Of a stretch of 10,440 nucleotides of DNA, positions 7,389 to 10,440 are shown one piece after another. The notes below the pieces were generated by a model that made no database searches, was not told the origin of the DNA, and saw only the letters and a program-made list of their open reading frames with translations. Source of the stretch: Patescibacteria group bacterium (GTDB taxonomy: Bacteria; Patescibacteriota; Minisyncoccia; Phycocordibacterales; JBBUBG01); the NCBI GenBank assembly GCA_040384765.1, contig JAZKIQ010000003.1, forward strand, positions 82,332-92,771, given 5' to 3'. Both the position numbers and the translations under genes were made by a program. Numbering within the stretch: position 1 is the stretch's first letter; each line of letters begins with the position of its first letter.

Positions 7389-8338
7389 TGGTCGAGAAGC
7401 GCTATGAGCGCTCTTGCAAGCTTGTCAGAATCGTGGCGGGCAAACTCACCCGCAGTGGAAAGCAGGTCGAGACCACGCCAATGCGGAAGAGGCATAGCCA
7501 CCTCCACTGGTCCGGCATTGTCTCCCTTATATTTTTTGAGAAGTTTTGCCGGAATCTTTGCTGTATTGAAAAGGATAACATCAAGCTCTCGCCCAAGTGC
7601 ACGCTCGAGTACTTGTACAAAATCCTCTACCCCATAGCCATTGGTCTCGCCAAATTTGGTCATGATATTTACGTTTCCCACCAATGTTGCTTTTGTAGCC
7701 CCAAGCGCTCCCAAAAGGTCGGGGATACACAAATTGGGCATGATCGAAGTGTACAGGTCGCCTGGGCCAAATGCGACAAGATCTGCTTCCAATATGGCGC
7801 GCACTGCTTCGGGATTGCCTTCGGGCTTTGGCTGAAGCCATACCCGCTTTACGGGCACCCCCGAGGTTTGCCTGGGCAGATCGATAGCCGTTTCGCCAAA
7901 AAGGATGGTGCCGTCTAAAAGCTCGGCAAGCAGATCCACGCGCTCGAGCGTCGAGGGGATGACACGACCCTTGATATCGAGCAGCTCCTGGGCCGCGAGT
8001 ACCGCTTTATTAAAATCACCCAAAATGTCGGCAAGCGCAGCAAGGAGAAGATTTCCTACGGAGGCCCCGGAATGAGTGCCGCTTTCAAATCGGTAGTTGA
8101 AAAGATCACGCACAAGCTTCGCCTTGTCGTCATCTGCAAGCGCCACAAGGCACGCCCGAACATCACCTGGCGGAAGCACGCCAAGCTCGTCACGGAGCTT
8201 TCCCGAGTGTCCTCCGGAATCAGACATAGAGACAATGGCCGCAAGATCAACCGGATATTTCTTGAGGCCCGAGAGGGCAGTAAAATTTCCCGTGCCGCCG
8301 CCAACGATAACTACTTTTTTTCTCGGATGATCACTCAT
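7385..8338 (-). CDS. yvcK: YvcK/GlmR (CofD/UPF0052 family) UDP-GlcNAc-binding protein, about 317 aa
   Basis: Signature motifs VVIVGGGTG, IVSMSDSGGHSGKLRDELGVLPPGDVRACLVAL, LFNYRF, GASVGNLLLAAL, GPGDLYTSIMPNL, NIMTKFGET and RHDSDKLARAL. Start placed at ATG 8338 because it forms an ATGA overlap with the upstream stop; the ORF track uses 8359. Confidence 0.93.
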   Translation of the reverse strand: MSDHPRKKVVIVGGGTGNFTALSGLKKYPVDLAAIVSMSDSGGHSGKLRDELGVLPPGDVRACLVALADDDKAKLVRDLFNYRFESGTHSGASVGNLLLAALADILGDFNKAVLAAQELLDIKGRVIPSTLERVDLLAELLDGTILFGETAIDLPRQTSGVPVKRVWLQPKPEGNPEAVRAILEADLVAFGPGDLYTSIMPNLCIPDLLGALGATKATLVGNVNIMTKFGETNGYGVEDFVQVLERALGRELDVILFNTAKIPAKLLKKYKGDNAGPVEVAMPLPHWRGLDLLSTAGEFARHDSDKLARALIALLDQ

Positions 8339-9366
8339 CTTTTCGTACAGCCGCGCCATCCTGATACGACTTTTTCAACGTACTCCTTCTCATCAAGAAA
8401 GATACCTGTAAGCGCTCCAAGCCGTGCACGCTTTGCTTCACGCAATGCCTTATTTTCGAGCAGTTCGTTCATCGCGTGCGCGAACCGAGCAGCGTCTCCG
8501 GGAGGCACCACAAAAGCATGCGCGTCCGTGAGAATCTCCCCCACAAGACCAACGTCAGTGGTCACGATCGGGACTCGGGCATGAGCAGCCTCAAGAAGGG
8601 TAAGCCCATACCCTTCGTACCACGAAGAGAGCAAGAATCCGTCGGCGCTTTTGTAGTAGCTTCCAAGAGAGTTGGTCCAGTCTATAAAGACAACCGATTT
8701 TTCAAGGCCGAGCTTCTCCGCGCGCCTTTTGAGCGCCTCTTCTTCGGGGCCGGTCCCCACAACAACCAAGCCTGCTTTCGGATGCTTTTTAAGCACCTCA
8801 GCAAAGGCTGAAAGCACCATCCCAATATTTTTCTCTTTGGTGATGCGCGAAGCTACCAGATAGATAAATGAAAATTGTGGATAGAGCACATGAAGGATAA
8901 TCTCCTCGTGTGCAGGAGCAGGTTTTGCAAGAAGCGGGAGTACCGTGATCCTTTTTGAAAGCTTGGGTGAGCGCTCGATGAGAGATTTTTTAATGCGTTC
9001 CGAAACAACGCGAATACAGTCGGCCCGCCCGAGAAGGATTCGTGCAAGGAAGACTCGCACTGACCCAAGCACACTCTGACTAAAGTAGGGAGACAAGAAA
9101 TCTGTATGCACCTGAAGTTCGAGGCGAGCTCCATATCGTCTGGCATACCACCAGGCAAGTACGCCATGTTCAAACGGATCTTGCGAAGTGACGAGGTCCG
9201 GAATAAACCCAGAGAACCCTTTTGGATCACGAATAATTCCGCGCCTTCCGCTCACGACAATAATCCGGAGATCATCGAGGTGAGCGCGATACGCTTCCAT
9301 GCGCAAATGAGCCGGGGAGCCGGGCACAAAAACGGACGGATCGTGAGAGATCATCAAGACTTTCAT
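8335..9366 (-). CDS. Glycosyltransferase family 4, about 343 aa
   Basis: MKVLMIS start at ATG 9366 (ATGA overlap; ORF track uses 9411). Motifs QDPFEHG, QVHTDF, ASRITKEKNI, VVGTGPE and canonical YEGYGLTLLEAA (EX7E), then VTTDVG. Confidence 0.92.
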   Translation of the reverse strand: MKVLMISHDPSVFVPGSPAHLRMEAYRAHLDDLRIIVVSGRRGIIRDPKGFSGFIPDLVTSQDPFEHGVLAWWYARRYGARLELQVHTDFLSPYFSQSVLGSVRVFLARILLGRADCIRVVSERIKKSLIERSPKLSKRITVLPLLAKPAPAHEEIILHVLYPQFSFIYLVASRITKEKNIGMVLSAFAEVLKKHPKAGLVVVGTGPEEEALKRRAEKLGLEKSVVFIDWTNSLGSYYKSADGFLLSSWYEGYGLTLLEAAHARVPIVTTDVGLVGEILTDAHAFVVPPGDAARFAHAMNELLENKALREAKRARLGALTGIFLDEKEYVEKVVSGWRGCTKR

Positions 9367-10440
9367 GGTGTGCGGAGAAAAGTTACAACCTTTGATAGAA
9401 ACGTCGCCCACGAATCAAGAGCCGGAAGCTCTCGAAGAAGCTGCTCGGCATCTGCATGCCCTTTGTCCGAGAGGATACATCGTAGCCGCTCATCAAGCTG
9501 CTCACCATTGCGAGCATTAAACAAAAACTGCTCCGGCACTCTAAACGGCAAACCATTTTCAGCGCTTATCAAAAAAGGAACCCCGGAAGCAAGCCCGCGC
9601 AAAACGAAATTCGGATTAAACTCGGTAAACGCCGGAGCGATAGTGCACCACGCCTCCTCCGTAAGCAATGCCACCTCGCTTTCGCTCACACGACCCCATA
9701 GCTCCACTACCTCTTCGAGATGGCGATCGGCCACAAGCTTCCCTAGCGCCTCGAACTCTGGCCCATCACCACATATGACAAAGCGAAAAGAAGGTACGGA
9801 ACCCTGGATACGTGCAATCGAACCTATCACGAACGGCAGGTTTTTATAGGCTACAAGGCGGCTCGCAAAAAGAAGCGTCCGCTTTTCTCCCGGAGGAGTA
9901 GCTCTTTCGAGCTCGCGCGTCTGCGTAGCATCAACAGGGTTGGGTATCACCACAATCTTTGCATCGGGGACACCATAATAGTCGCGATACACGTGCCGAA
10001 GTAGCTCTGTCGGCACCATCACGCGCTTGGCACGCCCCAAAATCTTTTTCCCGTAGGGAAAAAGGCGACTCTGTACACCTTCCCCTGACGCATACCATTC
10101 GAGCATCGATTTTTGAGTACCACCCACTGCCGCCGCGCTCTCCCAAGCGATATCGCCCCCAATACGCACAAAAAGTGGCCTAGCCAAGAAGCGAGCTATG
10201 AGATACGCCGGATAACCAGCGGAAGAGATATCTTGAGCAAAGATTGCTCGTGAATGAAGTGCCTTCCAAAAAAGTTTCCAGAGATATATTCCATGCCGGA
10301 TACCTTTGGGGTAGCCAAGCAAGGGTGAGAATGCTACAAGCCGGGTCGGAATCCCCATCTGAGGCAGCTCTTCAACATAGTGCTTTGCATGCAAAGCTGG
10401 ACCTCCTGGGTGCGGTGGGTAGATACCGGCAGCTATTACA
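9363..10440 (-). CDS. Glycosyltransferase family 4, 5' end truncated by the window edge
   Basis: The frame stays open upstream of the ORF-track start and reads VIAAGIYPPHPGGPALHAKHY, the typical GT4 N-terminal YPP-GG motif, so the true start is probably a few codons beyond 10440. Also VIPNPVD, FASRLVAYKN and ICGDGPE. Confidence 0.9.
   Translation of the reverse strand, partial: VIAAGIYPPHPGGPALHAKHYVEELPQMGIPTRLVAFSPLLGYPKGIRHGIYLWKLFWKALHSRAIFAQDISSAGYPAYLIARFLARPLFVRIGGDIAWESAAAVGGTQKSMLEWYASGEGVQSRLFPYGKKILGRAKRVMVPTELLRHVYRDYYGVPDAKIVVIPNPVDATQTRELERATPPGEKRTLLFASRLVAYKNLPFVIGSIARIQGSVPSFRFVICGDGPEFEALGKLVADRHLEEVVELWGRVSESEVALLTEEAWCTIAPAFTEFNPNFVLRGLASGVPFLISAENGLPFRVPEQFLFNARNGEQLDERLRCILSDKGHADAEQLLRELPALDSWATFLSKVVTFLRTP

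Noticed and set aside
1355-8321. A7/T7 homopolymer runs (for example 1355-1361, 4187-4193, 8315-8321) as phase-variation tracts
   Set aside because: Too short and common in Lys/Phe codons; all the genes are intact.
8339-8359. Longer N-terminus for YvcK (MARLYEK) from the ORF track
   Set aside because: ATG at 8338 gives the ATGA overlap typical of this operon and starts just before the first conserved strand.
9367-9411. Longer N-terminus for the middle GT4 from the ORF track
   Set aside because: MKVLMIS at 9366 is a typical GT4 start and forms an ATGA overlap.
9106-9849. 247-aa plus-strand ORF
   Set aside because: Antisense shadow of two well-supported GT4 genes, Ser/Arg-rich with no recognisable motif.
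10392-10394. TTG start assigned to the last GT4 by the ORF track
   Set aside because: The frame is open to the window edge and encodes the conserved IYPP-GGPA motif upstream, so the gene is truncated by the window.

Overview
The window is one tightly packed minus-strand operon of nine CDSs for surface-glycan or polysaccharide synthesis. In transcription order: GT4 glycosyltransferase (5' end outside the window), GT4, YvcK/GlmR (CofD-like) protein, GT4, two paralogous ~450-465 aa GT-B fold proteins with (S/T)WD and R-x-x-P motifs (CDP-glycerol glycerophosphotransferase/KpsS-like), a GT9 heptosyltransferase-like protein, an FkbM-family methyltransferase, and a third paralog of the WD family. 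Most genes overlap (ATGA, TAATG, ATGAGTAA), none has an obvious Shine-Dalgarno site, and TGA is used as stop. These traits and the N-terminal signatures of the GT4s suggest a Patescibacteria (Parcubacteria-like) genome; this is an inference, not a database result. The most notable items are two related in-frame heptamer repeat arrays (CTTGAAC) inside one GT4 gene, the triplicated uncharacterised transferase family with diverged putative catalytic motifs, YvcK coupled between glycosyltransferases, and an LPS-type GT9 in a lineage not known to make LPS. A sigma70-like promoter at positions 9-37 points out of the window. I saw no RNA genes, CRISPR arrays or mobile elements.
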